A stretch of 64,000 nucleotides of DNA from Felis catus (lineage: Eukaryota). Position numbers and translations under genes: made by a program. Location: NCBI RefSeq assembly GCF_018350175.1, contig NC_058368.1, positions 21,640,001-21,704,000 on the forward strand. The letters are read 5' to 3'. Each line of letters starts with the position of its first letter. The first letter of the stretch is position 1. Below are positions 52,275 through 64,000 of the stretch, one piece after another. Below the pieces are notes generated by a model. It was not told the DNA's origin. It worked only from the letters and a program-made list of their open reading frames with translations, and ran no database searches.

Positions 52275-52589
52275 AAAATGTACTTTTGATATGAAATTTC
52301 AAAGTAAAAATACCTGCTATTCCACACATTTACAGACCCCAAAGAACCTTCTTGAGCAGTTGTTTGGGGTTGGGTATGACATAGTAAATTAATAAATAAT
52401 ATTTTAAATAATTTTGCCTTCTCTACTCTCCAGCTAAAAAGAAATAAGAGAATAATCTTACCTTACTCAGAATAGGTTGGTGATAATGTGTAGTTAAGTT
52501 TTATAAAAATAGTGTAGAAATTGTTACACTTTATGGAAATAAAGGTGACTCCATATTTGCAATATTTTGATAGTAATTTTTCTTTTCAC

Positions 52590-52814
52590 TTTTTATTTTA
52601 TTATTATTATTTCTAATGTTTAGTTTTGAAAGAGAGAGAGAGAGAGAGCATGAGCTGGGGTGGGGCAGAGAGAAAGGGCGACACAGAATCTGAAGCAGGC
52701 TCCAGGCTCCGAGCTGTCAGCACAGAGCCGAATGTGGGGCTCTAGCTCATGAGCCGTGAGATCATGACCAGAGCCAAAGTCAGATCCCAACCTACTGAGC
52801 CACCCAGGCGCCCC
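52590..52814 (-). mobile_element. Can-SINE
   Basis: Full body and T-rich tail. Confidence 0.92.
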
Positions 52815-53475
52815 TCTTTTACTCTTTGAAACAGTTTTATGTATTCCAGTTTTTTATACTTTGACTGTTAAGAAAACTTACACAACAGAAAATTTTATTA
52901 TCAAATGTAGAAGCATTAGAATTATAGAGGGATCAAATGGGACAGCAATGAATTTGTGCGATGGACCTTCCTATGTTGAAACACTATATTCTTTCTTTGC
53001 ATTCCCTATGTCAGAATAGCAAAGCCGGTAAAGATCCAGCTGATCTGGATGTCTTCATGATGTATACAGAAGGTGTTAAGGTAGACACTGTTGTCATTTT
53101 TCTGTATTTAAGGTAACAGTAGAGAGACCAGTAGAAAGCTGAACAGAGTATGGAGGAAGGAGCTGGACAGGCATTTAAATAATTAGAGGTTGGATAGTAT
53201 CTGCATCTTCCTCTCAGAATTCAAATGTGCAAGTGAAAAGGAGTTAGGTAGCCTGAGAAGGATGATCACGTTAGCTAGGTATTGGGTTATAGATGGCAGA
53301 GATGCAAACATGTGATAGAGAAACAACCTACAAACTAAGTGTTATACAGTGTTAATCTCAACAGAGAGCCACAGACTACACAGTTAGTACCTTTTTTGTA
53401 AATTTGAACCTAATTTTGCTAACTTGAATTTAGTTCCATGACTGTCATACAAATGTATCTTGGTTTAAAAAAACC

Positions 53476-53678
53476 TTTTTTTAGTATTCATTTGTTTTTG
53501 AGAGAGAGACAGCATGAGCAGGGGAGGGGCAGAGAGAGAGGAGGACACAGAATCCGTAGCAGGCTCCAGGCACTGACCTGTCAGCACAGAGCCCTATGCG
53601 GGGCTTGAACTCATGAGCCATGAGATCATGACCTGAGCCAAAATTGGACACTTAACCAACTGAGCCACCCAGGTGCCC
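53476..53678 (-). mobile_element. Can-SINE
   Basis: TSD ATGTATCTTG. Confidence 0.92.
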
Positions 53679-53814
53679 TATGTATCTTGATTTTAGAATA
53701 AGGTATAATTAGGAACATTTATTGAGGTTTTTAAAAAAATACTTTGTAAAAACAAAACAAAAAACAAAAAAATACTTCGTAAAAACAAAATTTTAATGAC
53801 TTTAGCATTTGGTG

Positions 53815-54033
53815 TTTTTTAAATTTTTTTTCAACGTTTATTTATTTTTGGGACAGAGAGAGACAAACATGAACAGGTGAGGGGCAGAGAGAGAGGGAGA
53901 CACAGAATCGGAAACAGGCTCCAGGCTCTGAGCCATCAGCCCAGAGCCCGACGCGGGGCTCGAACTCACGGACCGCGAGATCATGATCTGGCTGAAGTCG
54001 GACGCTTAACCGACTGCGCCACCCAGGCGCCCC
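53815..54033 (-). mobile_element. Young Can-SINE (SINEC_Fc-like)
   Basis: TSD TAGCATTTGGTGTTTT. Confidence 0.94.
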
Positions 54034-55011
54034 TAGCATTTGGTGTTTTAAACAAAAACATAGGCAGTGGATAGAATATTTTGGGATTAATGCTGTATAA
54101 CATTAATTTGTATACTAATTCATATTAGTAGTTAATTATTCACTTATTATACTTGTATTCTGCTTTTATTTAAAAATTAAATATATTTTAAAGAGCAAGA
54201 GAAGATGAAAATATAAATCACGGTTCTAATGAGAAAATTTTAGCATTTAGATATATTCACAAATTTTAGGGCAAAAGTTTATAAATTAGTAACTCCCAAT
54301 TAGTGTTATCACACTATTTAGTGATAAGATGCAAATTTACTCCCGTATGAAAATATATTCTCATTGGCTGAAATTCAGTAAGAGTGACAATAGTTTAAAA
54401 TGTTTCCTCATGTATGTTAGCCAATTTGACAATAAATTATATTTAAAAAAATAAATGAAATGCTTCCTTACTCCCTTTGGACAGTTTACAGTTACAGTTT
54501 ACAGTTTGGACTGTGGCTGGTGGCAGCAGTGTGGTTTTCAGTTATGCACTGAGTTTTGGAAACGTTGTTTTTGCTAGAAATAAAGGAATTCATACTTGAT
54601 GTTAAAGTTCTGTAAGGGCTGGATGTTTGGTTTTGTTTTCTAAATTTTGTGAATGTAGGGCTAATGCAAACATACTTTTCTCTATTTTGAGCGTTTGAAA
54701 CTGAGAAAGTGGGATATTTGAGAGCGTTGGAGCTAAGTTAATCTAGATTTGGAAGATAGAGGGAGAAAATACATAGACTATATACTGTGATTACAGTAAA
54801 GTGCAAACAGCATTGTCATTGGATATGACTCACCCCAAGTTCAGATCTAACATTGGTTGTGCAAACGACCCTTTTTTGATATTGTGGATCAGAGGGAAAT
54901 AAAGATGAATGAAACAAGATCCCTGCCCTCAAGGGGCATTTAATATAGTAGACGAAAGGTAAAGGTAGCTAAAAGTAACTATAAAGCAGAATGCAGTTGT
55001 TTAATGAAAAT

Positions 55012-55240
55012 GGGGCGCCTGGGTGGCTCAGTTTGTTAAGTGTCTGACTTCGACTCAGGTCATGATCTCACAGTTCATGAGTTCAAGCTCCACATTGGGC
55101 TCTGTGCTGACAGCTTGGAGCCTGGAGCCTGCTTCGGACTCTGTGTCTCCCTCTCTCTGCCCCTTCTCCACTCATGCTCTGTCTCATTCTGTCTCTCAAA
55201 AAGAAATAAATGTACATTTAAAAAAAAATTAAAGAAAGTA
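55012..55240 (+). mobile_element. Can-SINE
   Basis: Full body. Confidence 0.92.
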
Positions 55241-55246
55241 AAGATA

Positions 55247-55415
55247 GGGGCATCTGGGTGGCTCTGTCGGTTAAGTGTCTGACTCTTGATTTTGGCTCAG
55301 GTCGTGATCTCACAGTTGGTGAGTTTGAGCCCTGCTTTGGGCTCTGGGCTGACATCATGGAGCCTGCTTGAGATTTCTCTCTCCCTGTCTCTCTGCCCCT
55401 CCCCAGCTTGCTCTG

Positions 55416-55447
<32 letters not shown>

Positions 55448-55462
55448 AAAAAATAAATAAAC
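55247..55462 (+). mobile_element. Can-SINE (older), in tandem with the previous copy
   Basis: Full body with (CT)n. Confidence 0.9.
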
Positions 55463-55876
55463 TTTTTTTTTTTTTTTAGGAAGTAAACATAGTTTGGGAA
55501 CATACAGAAGGACAGGTGAATTCCAGCCTTGTAGGTTTGGGAGAGCTTTAAAGCAGAGATGACATGAACTGGGCCTTGAACATTTCATGGTTTGAACAAG
55601 ATATGTGAATTATAATAGCAGGAAAAACCAAATTTTTTTTTCTTAAGCTAATTTATTATGACTGTGTATAATGAATTTCCCTTTGGTTTGTTGCAGTGCA
55701 TGCAAATGTCTCAGCATTAGCCTGAGAGTCTGTGTTGCCCATTTGCTGTGGTGTCCTAGGCGCAGCCAACCAAAGACCTGGGTAGTGGAGCCCTTGCAGC
55801 ATTGTTCCTTAAGCTCAGTGTGCTGTATAAACATTTTCTTTGTGTGCCATGTTGTGAAGGAGATTGAGAAACACAA

Positions 55877-56098
55877 TTTTATTTATTGTTTTATTAAAAT
55901 TTTTTTTAAATGTTATTTTGAGAGACAGAGTGCAAGCAGGGAGGGGCAGGGGGCGCGGGGAGACCCAGAATCTGAAGCAGGCTCCAGGCTCCTAGCTGTC
56001 AGCACAGAGTCCAATGTGGGGCTCGAACTCGCCAACCGTGGTGAGATCATGACCTGAGCCGAAGTTGGTGCTTAACCAGCTGAGCCACCCATCTGCCC
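55877..56098 (-). mobile_element. Can-SINE
   Basis: TSD GAAACACAATTTT. Confidence 0.9.
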
Positions 56099-56886
56099 TG
56101 GGAAACACAATTTTAGATTACTTACTACTTCTCTCCTGGTAATAAGTTCTTAAATATAATATATTGTTTAGCTTTTGTCAAAGATATCTAGATAATTTTC
56201 GTAATAACAGCACAATCTGAGTAAGTTGTGTTAGTTACCAGTTCAGTCTTCCAGTTCTGAACTGGACATTAGCTCCATGCAGTTCATAGGGGTCCCAGCC
56301 AGGTTTTTCACTTTCATTCTAAGATTTTGTATTTGTGAACATGGTTTTATTTGTATAAGTGAGGATGTGATACTTTTAGAGTCATAACTAAACTTTAAAA
56401 ATAATGTGACCAAAATATCCCTCCTTATGTTTTTTCTCTTGGTAAACATAGTAAGTACTCGACCCATTTCTGAGAGAAATATGTATACTCTTCACAGCAG
56501 AACAGGTACTGGGGAGGAAGGGAGGTTGAGCAAATCTGTGCAGGGTAGGGACAGCCTTGAAAGGAAATCTAGAGCTCACACCCTCTTAGGAATAGAAAAG
56601 GGAGAAGGAAGCAGAAAAAAAAACCTTAGTTTTAAAGTTCTGAATGTACAACCCTGAAGAAATCAGGGAGCCGGACACGCAGGCCTAGGTGTTATAGGAG
56701 CACCCTAGTTGTGACTGTTGCCAAGTGTTGAATTCAGGCTATACTATAGATTCTGGGGTAGTGTATTACACCCCCAGTTGTATTGGAGAGATTGGAGTTC
56801 CACCTTCCTTCGATCACTGAAGGGGGCACTAAGATGACTCTAAGAAAGAGACAGTTTTGGTGTTGCCAATTTTCAGAATATGGTTA

Positions 56887-56889
<3 letters not shown>

Positions 56890-56943
<54 letters not shown>
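56890..56943. repeat. (TG)27 microsatellite
   Basis: Perfect dinucleotide run. Confidence 0.95.
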
Positions 56944-56944
<1 letters not shown>

Positions 56945-57509
56945 TGTGAGGTAAAAGATACCTGGTGCCTGGTGTCTGGGTGTGTTTTAGGGGTCTTCAG
57001 AAAAGATAGGGCATCCTCTTGCCTTTTTTGTTCACTTCTGCCTAATAGACTTTAATAATGTTAGTTTGGCTACTTAACAGTACTGTAAATAAAATAACTT
57101 TTGCATCAAATGAATAAGTATAACATTAAATAACTGTCATGTAAACATCATTGTAGTTTTATTATAACACTGTTAAGGGTTAGTTACTGACTGCCTACAA
57201 ATTTTTTAAATTATAGGGAATATTTATCAACTGCCAAAGTGGTGATAAGCAACACAGATCCAGTGCATAATACAGTTTTAATAGGAGAAAAAGATAGAAT
57301 GTTATTGGTAATTGTATATTATAGAAAAATTAATCTTTGAAGCAAATTAATTTAGGAAGGGTTTTAAATAATTTGAGCATTACTCAGTAGGATAATGAGC
57401 TTGTTTTAAATTACAGAGGTAATACACATAATTGGTAATATAAATTCGAAGGAGAAAATGAAACATGTCACCCTCACTTGTCACCTCTATGCAAGTAGCA
57501 GCTGCTTTT

Positions 57510-58930
57510 AATAAACTTTATTGGGATATATTTATCCATTTTAAGTATTTAGCTTGAGTTTTAACAAATGGTTACTTCCTTGTAAGCACCATCACATTCA
57601 GGATATAGAATATTTGCCCTTTATAGTCTTTTCCTCCAGCCCCAGGCAAATACTCATCTGCTTTTTGTCATTATAGATGAGTGTGCTTTTTCCACAATTT
57701 CATATAAAGGTAATCATAATACATACTCTTTTGTGTCTGTTTTTGTAATACAATATTAATATTTTTTTGTTTACGTAGGAGTTCAGTATTTTTAATTGCT
57801 GATGCATGTTCCATTGTATGAATATATCACAATTTGCTTATCCATTCATCTGTTATTGGACATTTGGGTTCTTTTCAGTTTTTGGCAGTTATGAGTAAAA
57901 CTGCTATGATATTTGTTACAAGTCTGTGTGTGTTTTTTTTTCTCTTGGATGAATACCTAGGAGTAAAATGGCTGGATTATAATAAGTGTATTTAGCTTTA
58001 TAAAAAACTTTGAAAGTCTTTTCCAAAATGGTTGTAGTATTTTGTATTCCTACCATAAGTATGAGTTCCAGTTATTCACATCTTAACCAATATTTTGTAT
58101 TGGCAGTCTTTTTAAATTTTAGCATTTTAGTGAGTATATGGGAGTATCTCATTATGGCTTTAAAATGCATTTTTCTGATGACTAATGATGTCTAGCTTTT
58201 TTTTGTTTGTTTTGTTTACACACTTACAGGCTAATCATATATCTTCTTTGTGTGGTGTCTGACTCTTTTGCTCATTTTAAAAGTTGGGTTGGTTTATTTT
58301 TAATTACTAAATTGAGTTTTTTAATCCAGATACAAGTTTTTTGTCAGATACGTGTGTTGTGAATATTTTTCTCTCAGTCTTTTGTTTGCCTTTTTATTTT
58401 CTTAACAGTGTCTTATGAAGAGCAAAAGTTTTAAAGTCTTGAAGCCCAATTTATCGATTGTCTTTTATGGTTGGTTCATGCTTTGTGAAACAGTTATCTA
58501 CCTCAAAGTTTCATAAGCAAAGATTTTTTTTTTCCCTGTTTCCTTCTGGAATTTGTTAGTTTCATTTTTACATTTAGGTTTATGTTTATTTTGAATTAAT
58601 ATTTGTGTGTACTGTGAGGTAAAGGTTGGTACTCTTCCAGCACTTCCAGTTACTGTAGCATTTTGTTGAAAATCAGTTGATCATATATGTATGGGTCTCT
58701 TTCTGAACTCTGTTCAGTTTTGTTGATTTGTGTATCTATCTTTATGTCATTACCTCACTGTCTATTGCTCTAGCTTTATAGTAAGTCTTTTTTAAAGAGG
58801 CAGTATGTTTGATATAAGCGCATTGTTCTAAGAAAACATTTTTTACAGAAAATATGGGTATAATTAAGTCTTGAAGTTAGCTTATGTAATCTTCCAAATT
58901 TGTTCCTACTTTTTGGGATTGTTTAGGCTG
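57510..58930 (-). mobile_element. Old LINE-1 (L1M) ORF2 C-terminal region plus 3' UTR
   Basis: TCCATTCATCTGTTATTGGACATTTGGG; GCATTTTTCTGATGACTAATGATG; TAGCTTTATAGTAAGTCTT. Confidence 0.8.
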
Positions 58931-59248
58931 CATAACAAACATCTGTAGAACACTTTACCCAACAATGTTAGAATATACATATACATTCTTTTCAGATTTA
59001 CATGGGACATTCTATAGAGGAGATAATACGTTAGGCCATAAAAGAAGTCTCAATAAATTAGAAGATACTAAAATTACATAAATATGTTCCTTGACCACAG
59101 TGGAATAAAATTAGAAATCAGTAACAGAAAGAAATTGGGAAATTCACAAATGATGTGGAAATTAAATAGCATACTTCTAAATAACCATTGGGTCAAAGAT
59201 GAAGAAGTTGGAGAAGAAGATTGGAAGAAATTGAAGATGAATAAAAAT

Positions 59249-59478
59249 GGGGGCGCCTGGGTGGCTCAGTCAGTTGAGCGTCTGACTTCGGCTCGGGTCA
59301 CGATCTCACGGTTCGCGAGTTTGAGCCCCGCGTCGGGCTCTGGGCTGACGGCTCAGAGCCTGGAACCTGCTTCCGATTCTGTGTCTCCCTCTCTCTCTGC
59401 CCCTCCCCCGTTCATGCTCTGTCTCTCTTTGTCCCAAAAATAAATAAACGTTAAAAAAAAAAAAATTTAAAAAAAAAT
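59249..59478 (+). mobile_element. Can-SINE nested in L1
   Basis: CpG-rich full body; TSD AAAAATG. Confidence 0.93.
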
Positions 59479-59488
59479 GAAAACACAA

Positions 59489-59673
59489 GGAGCGCCTGGG
59501 TGGCTCAGTCGGTTAAGCGTCTGACTTCAGCTCAGGTCATGATCTCACAGTCCATGAGTTCGAGCCTTGCGTTGGGCTCTGTGCTTACAGCTCAGAGCCT
59601 GGAGCCTGTTTCAGATTCTGTGTCTCCCTCTCTCTCTGCCCCTCCCCTGCTCATGCTCTGTCTCTCTCTGTCT

Positions 59674-59701
<28 letters not shown>
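59489..59701 (+). mobile_element. Can-SINE nested in L1
   Basis: Full body; TSD GAAAACACA. Confidence 0.93.
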
Positions 59702-59706
<5 letters not shown>

Positions 59707-60675
59707 CACAGTATGTCAAAACTTACTGGATAAAGCTTCAGCCATGCCTAGGAAAATGTATAGCTGTAAATCCCTACATCAGAAACAAAGTGTAAACTAA
59801 ACTTATGGCAAACAGAAGGTAAAAGATAATAAAGATTAGAGAAGACAAAAGTGAAATCGAGAATAGAAAAACAATAGAGAAAATCGGTGAAATCAAAATT
59901 TGGTTCTTTGAAAATGTCAGCAAAATTGACAAACCTTTAGTTAGACTGATGGAAGAAAGAAAAAGACTCAAATTATCTTACAGAAATGAAACAGATAATA
60001 AGGGAATACTTGAACAATTATATGCCAACAAATTACATAACCTAGATGAAATGGAAAAATCCCTAAAAAGACACAAACTACCAAAACTGACTCAAGAGGA
60101 GATAGAAAATCTTGAATAGATTTGTAACAGGTAAAAAGATTAAATCCATAATCCTGAAACTTCCCACAAAGAAAAGCCCTAGGCTAGAGGGAGGAGGGAA
60201 CATTTTCCAACTCATATGTATCACAAGAAAAGAATAACACAAACCAAAGTCTCTTATAGACACACATATCCTCAACAAACTGGGAGCAAATTGAATTCAG
60301 CAATATTAAAAAAAAAAATGACTATACATCATGACCTAGTAGATTTATAACTGGAATGCAAAGCTGGTTCAACATATGAAAATCAGTCAACATAGTATAT
60401 ATTAGGACAAAACCATATGATCATCATAATAGATGCAGATATAACATTTGATAAAGTGTAATACCCTCTCATGATAAAAATACTCAAACTAGGAATTGAA
60501 GGGAGCCTCCTCAAGCTGATAAAGAGCATCTACAAAATATCTACAGTTGGCTTCATATTAATGGTAAAAGATGGAAAGAAAGCTTTACCCCTGAAATGAG
60601 GAATAAGACAAAGATATGTATTCTTGTTCTTCCTATTCAACATTGTCCTAGAGGTTCTAAGCAGGATGATTAGGG

Positions 60676-60709
60676 ATAAAAAAGGGAAGGGAAGGAAGAC
60701 AGATAGGGA

Positions 60710-60764
<55 letters not shown>

Positions 60765-61090
60765 GGAAGGAAGGAAGGAAGGAAGGAAGGAAGGAAGGAA
60801 GGAAGGAAGGAAAGGAGGAAGGGTGGGAAGGAAGGAGGAGGGGAAGAAGGAAGGAAGGAAAGACGTTCAGATTGGAAGGGAAGGAAGACAGACGGGAAAG
60901 AAAGAAAGAGAAGGAAGGAAGGAAGGAAGGAAGAAAAAGGAGGAAGGGTGGGAAGGAAGGAAGGAAAGATGTTCAGATTGGAAGGGAAGGAAGACAGGAA
61001 GGAAGGAAGAAAGAAAGAACAGAGAAAGAAAAGGAGGAAGGGAGGGAGGGAAGAAGGAAGGAAGGAAGGAAAGGCATTCAGATTGGAAGT
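60676..61090. repeat. Compound purine-rich repeat: (GAAA)n/(GGAA)n inside a triplicated unit
   Basis: GGAAGGGAAGGAAGACAG at 60685, 60874 and 60980; TTCAGATTGGAAG at 60866, 60972 and 61077. Confidence 0.9.
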
Positions 61091-61360
61091 AAGTAAAACT
61101 GTCCTCTATTTGAAAATGACCTAATCTTGTATATGGACAATCCTAAGGAATCCACTAAAAAAACTATTGCAACTCTAATGTGTGAGTTCAGCTAGGTTCA
61201 GGATATAAGGTCACTACATACATAGCAGTTTTATTTCAGCACACTGTCAATGAACAATCTGAAAATGAAATTAAGAAAACAGTTCCATTACAAAGAATAA
61301 ATACTGGGAAATAAATTTAACAAAAGTTTAAGACTTTGTTAAAGTCTTGTTAAAGTGCCT

Positions 61361-61577
61361 GGGGGCACCTGGGTGGCTCAGTTGGTTGAGTATCCGACTT
61401 CAGCGCAAGTCGTGATCTCATCCTTCCTGAGTTGGAGCCCTGTGTCTGGCTCTGTGCTGACAGCTCAGAGGCTGGAATCTGCTTTGGATTCTGTCTCCCT
61501 GTCTCTCTGCTCCTCCCCAACTCACTCGCTCTCTCTCTCTTTCTCTCAAAAATAAACATTAAAAAAATAAAAAATAA
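61361..61577 (+). mobile_element. Can-SINE nested in L1
   Basis: Full body; TSD AAGACTT with extra filler at the 5' junction. Confidence 0.92.
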
Positions 61578-64000
61578 AAGACTTCTACCCTGAAAACTAT
61601 TTACCTTATTGAAAGAAATCAAAAAAGACCTGAATAAATGGAAAGACACTGTATGTGAATGGATTAGAAGAGTTAATAACGGTAAACTGAAATATTCCTT
61701 ACATGATTTCCAGATCCACTGCAATTCCTATCAGAGTTCAAGCTGGCTTGCTTTGTTTTTTTCTTTTTTAACAGATTTTGACAAGTTGATTCTAGAATTT
61801 ATGTGGATACAAGTGACTCCAAAGTAGTCAAAACAATCTTGAAAAAGAACAGAGTTGGAGGGCTCAAACTTAGCAATATCAAAACTTACTGTATACCTGC
61901 AGTAGCCAAGACTGCAGTACTGGTACAAGAATTGGACCTCTGCCTCACAGCATATACAAAATTAATTCAAGGTTGACCAAAGATCTAAATGCAAGAAATA
62001 AAACTGTGAAAGTCTCAGGAGAAAACACAGGTGTAGATATTCATAACCTCAGATTAAGCAATGTTTTCTTAGTATGACACTAAAAACACTGACAACTGAC
62101 AAAAGAAAATATCTAATAGGACTTCATCAAAATTAAAATCTTTTGTGCTTCAAAATATACCAAGAAAGTAAAAAGGCAGCCCACAGATGGGGGAAAATCA
62201 TATATCTGATAAGGGGTTTTTACCTAGAATTATAAAGAACTCAGTAGTAAAAAGACAATCCAAGTTTTAAATGGGCAAAGGCCTTGAATAGGAAAGTCTC
62301 TAAAGAAATTATACAAATGGCCAATAAGCCCATGAAAAGATTCTCAACATTATTAGTCATCTGAGAAATACAGATCAAAAGAAAATGAGATATCACTTCA
62401 TACCCTTTAGAATGGCTAAAACAAACAGAGAATAGCAGGTGTTGAGGACGGTATGTAGCAATTGGAAAACTCATACTCTTCTGGTAGGATTGTAAGGTAT
62501 ATACTCAGGAGATATGAAAACATGTACACAGATGTTCTTGGTAGCATTATTTGTGATAGGCAAATGTAGAAACACCCCAGTGTCCCCATCAATTGATGAA
62601 TGAATAAATAAAATGTGTAATATTCATACAATGGAGTACTATTCAGCAATAAAAAGAAGTGAAGTACTAATACATGCTACAACCTAGGTGAATCTAAAAA
62701 CATTGTGCTACGAATCCAGACAAAAAAAGGCCAGCCACATACATGATTCCATTTATATGAAATATCAAGATAGTCAAGTCTATAGATACAGAAAATAGAT
62801 TAGTGATTGCCAGGGGTTGTGGAGAAGTATAGAGAATGAATGATAAAGGGTATGTGGTTTCTTTTTATGGTGATGAAATTGTTCTAAAATTAGGTAATTA
62901 GGGTGATGGTAGCACAACTCTACTAAAACCCACTAAATTTATACTTTAAAGGAGTGAATTTTATGGTATGTGAATTGTATCTGAATAAAACTGTTATTAA
63001 AAGAAAAAAGGTAAAGTACACCTAATATTAGCACAAATTATATAATGAAAACATTTTCAGGATGGAAAATTATATGTAATAAGGGTAACGTGGAATTCTG
63101 GTATTTAGATTTTAAGTCATCGGGCTGGGTTTTGTTTTGTTTTGTTTTGAAAGGGCAATGTTGGTTCATAAACTATGAATCTTTGAGAAAAAAAATCACT
63201 TAGGAAATGTCATCTTTTTCTGGGAAATTCCTCTAATACCCTGAGGCAGAACTAGTTGGTGCTTCTAATGATCACACACAATGTAACCCATACTTAAAGG
63301 CTAAGAAAAGATTAAAAAACAAATTGCAGCCATCATTGCTTTAAAGTGGAGTATCTTTTAGTGAGATAAAATGTGTGTCTAGAATTCATGGTTCCTGTTC
63401 AAAGCTAAGTAGCCCTTTTCAGTCTTCAGTCCTCCTGGAAGGTGTTCTCAATATACAGGCAAGGGGCTGTTAATGGTATTCTACCATAAAAATTCAGTGT
63501 TCAGAAATAATAGGATTTAAAATTGAAAATACAGACCACAACCTGTAGAAAAGGGAAATACACATTGATGACTACCTACTCTGTGATTCAAACTGTGCTT
63601 TTGTTAACGTTTATCTCATTTAATTCTCAGAACCACTTTTTGAGGTAATTTAATATCCTACTTTTGAAAAGTGCTATTATCTACAGATAGGGTAAAAACA
63701 ATAGGTGAAGCAAGATCAGTGAGAGACATGATGAGCTCAGTTTTGAATATGTTAAGGGACTTGTGGGGTTTTCTTGAGAGTGATCCAGAGACACTCAGCT
63801 CAGGAGAGTTTTAAGCTGCTTACATTCCCAAGGTGTTGGTCTTGCAGAATATGCCCAAACCTGCTTATTTGCAAATCCAGCAGTTTATTTGAAGTATGCT
63901 GGCTAAAGGGAGCTGCAGTTGAGTGGATGATTCAAGTCTGGCATATGAAATTTGTGTGGCTACCTTTTCTTCTCAGAAACTAAACTTCCTTACACACCGT

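Larger units (their letters stand above)
58931..63010 (+). mobile_element. ~4 kb degraded LINE-1 (L1MB-like), end of the endonuclease domain to the 3' end, sense to KPNA3, with nested SINEs and a minisatellite
   Basis: Peptides DHSGIKLEISN..WKLNSILLNNHWVK, LFNIVLEVLSR, KEIKKDLNKWKD; 3' end with AATAAA at 62984-62989. Confidence 0.9.

Noticed and set aside
50841..52329. Reverse-transcriptase-like ORFs as part of a novel retroelement system
   Set aside because: Ordinary frameshifted, 5'-truncated L1 ORF2 interrupted by a SINE.
54479..54510. Short ACAGTT(T) tandem, four copies
   Set aside because: Simple slippage repeat with no spacers; not CRISPR-like and no functional support.
60624..61124. 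166-aa Lys/Glu/Arg/Gly-rich ORF
   Set aside because: Translation of a purine microsatellite within a dead L1.

Overview
Mammalian genomic DNA. About 40 feline-type tRNA-derived Can-SINEs (SINEC_Fc-like) point to a felid, probably domestic cat. The only protein-coding sequence I can support is coding exon 1 of KPNA3 (importin alpha-4/karyopherin alpha 3; 34535-34603, + strand), inside a ~1.35 kb CpG-island promoter. Everything downstream is intron 1 (exon 2 is not in the window) and everything upstream is repeat-rich intergenic DNA with L1, L2, MIR, LTR and DNA-transposon relics. Nearly all other listed ORFs are artefacts of SINEs, L1 remnants, microsatellites or GC-rich sequence. I found no convincing novel multi-gene system. 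The best second-look items are small: a tailless U6 retrocopy with target-site microhomology, several body-less poly(A) insertions with target-site duplications (TSDs), a SINE deletion that creates a strong splice donor in KPNA3 intron 1, a templated fold-back insertion at a SINE junction, a triplicated purine-rich unit inside an L1, and a CLEAR/M-box/ZNF143 motif set in the promoter. Repeat family names were assigned from memory of consensus sequences and repeat boundaries are approximate.
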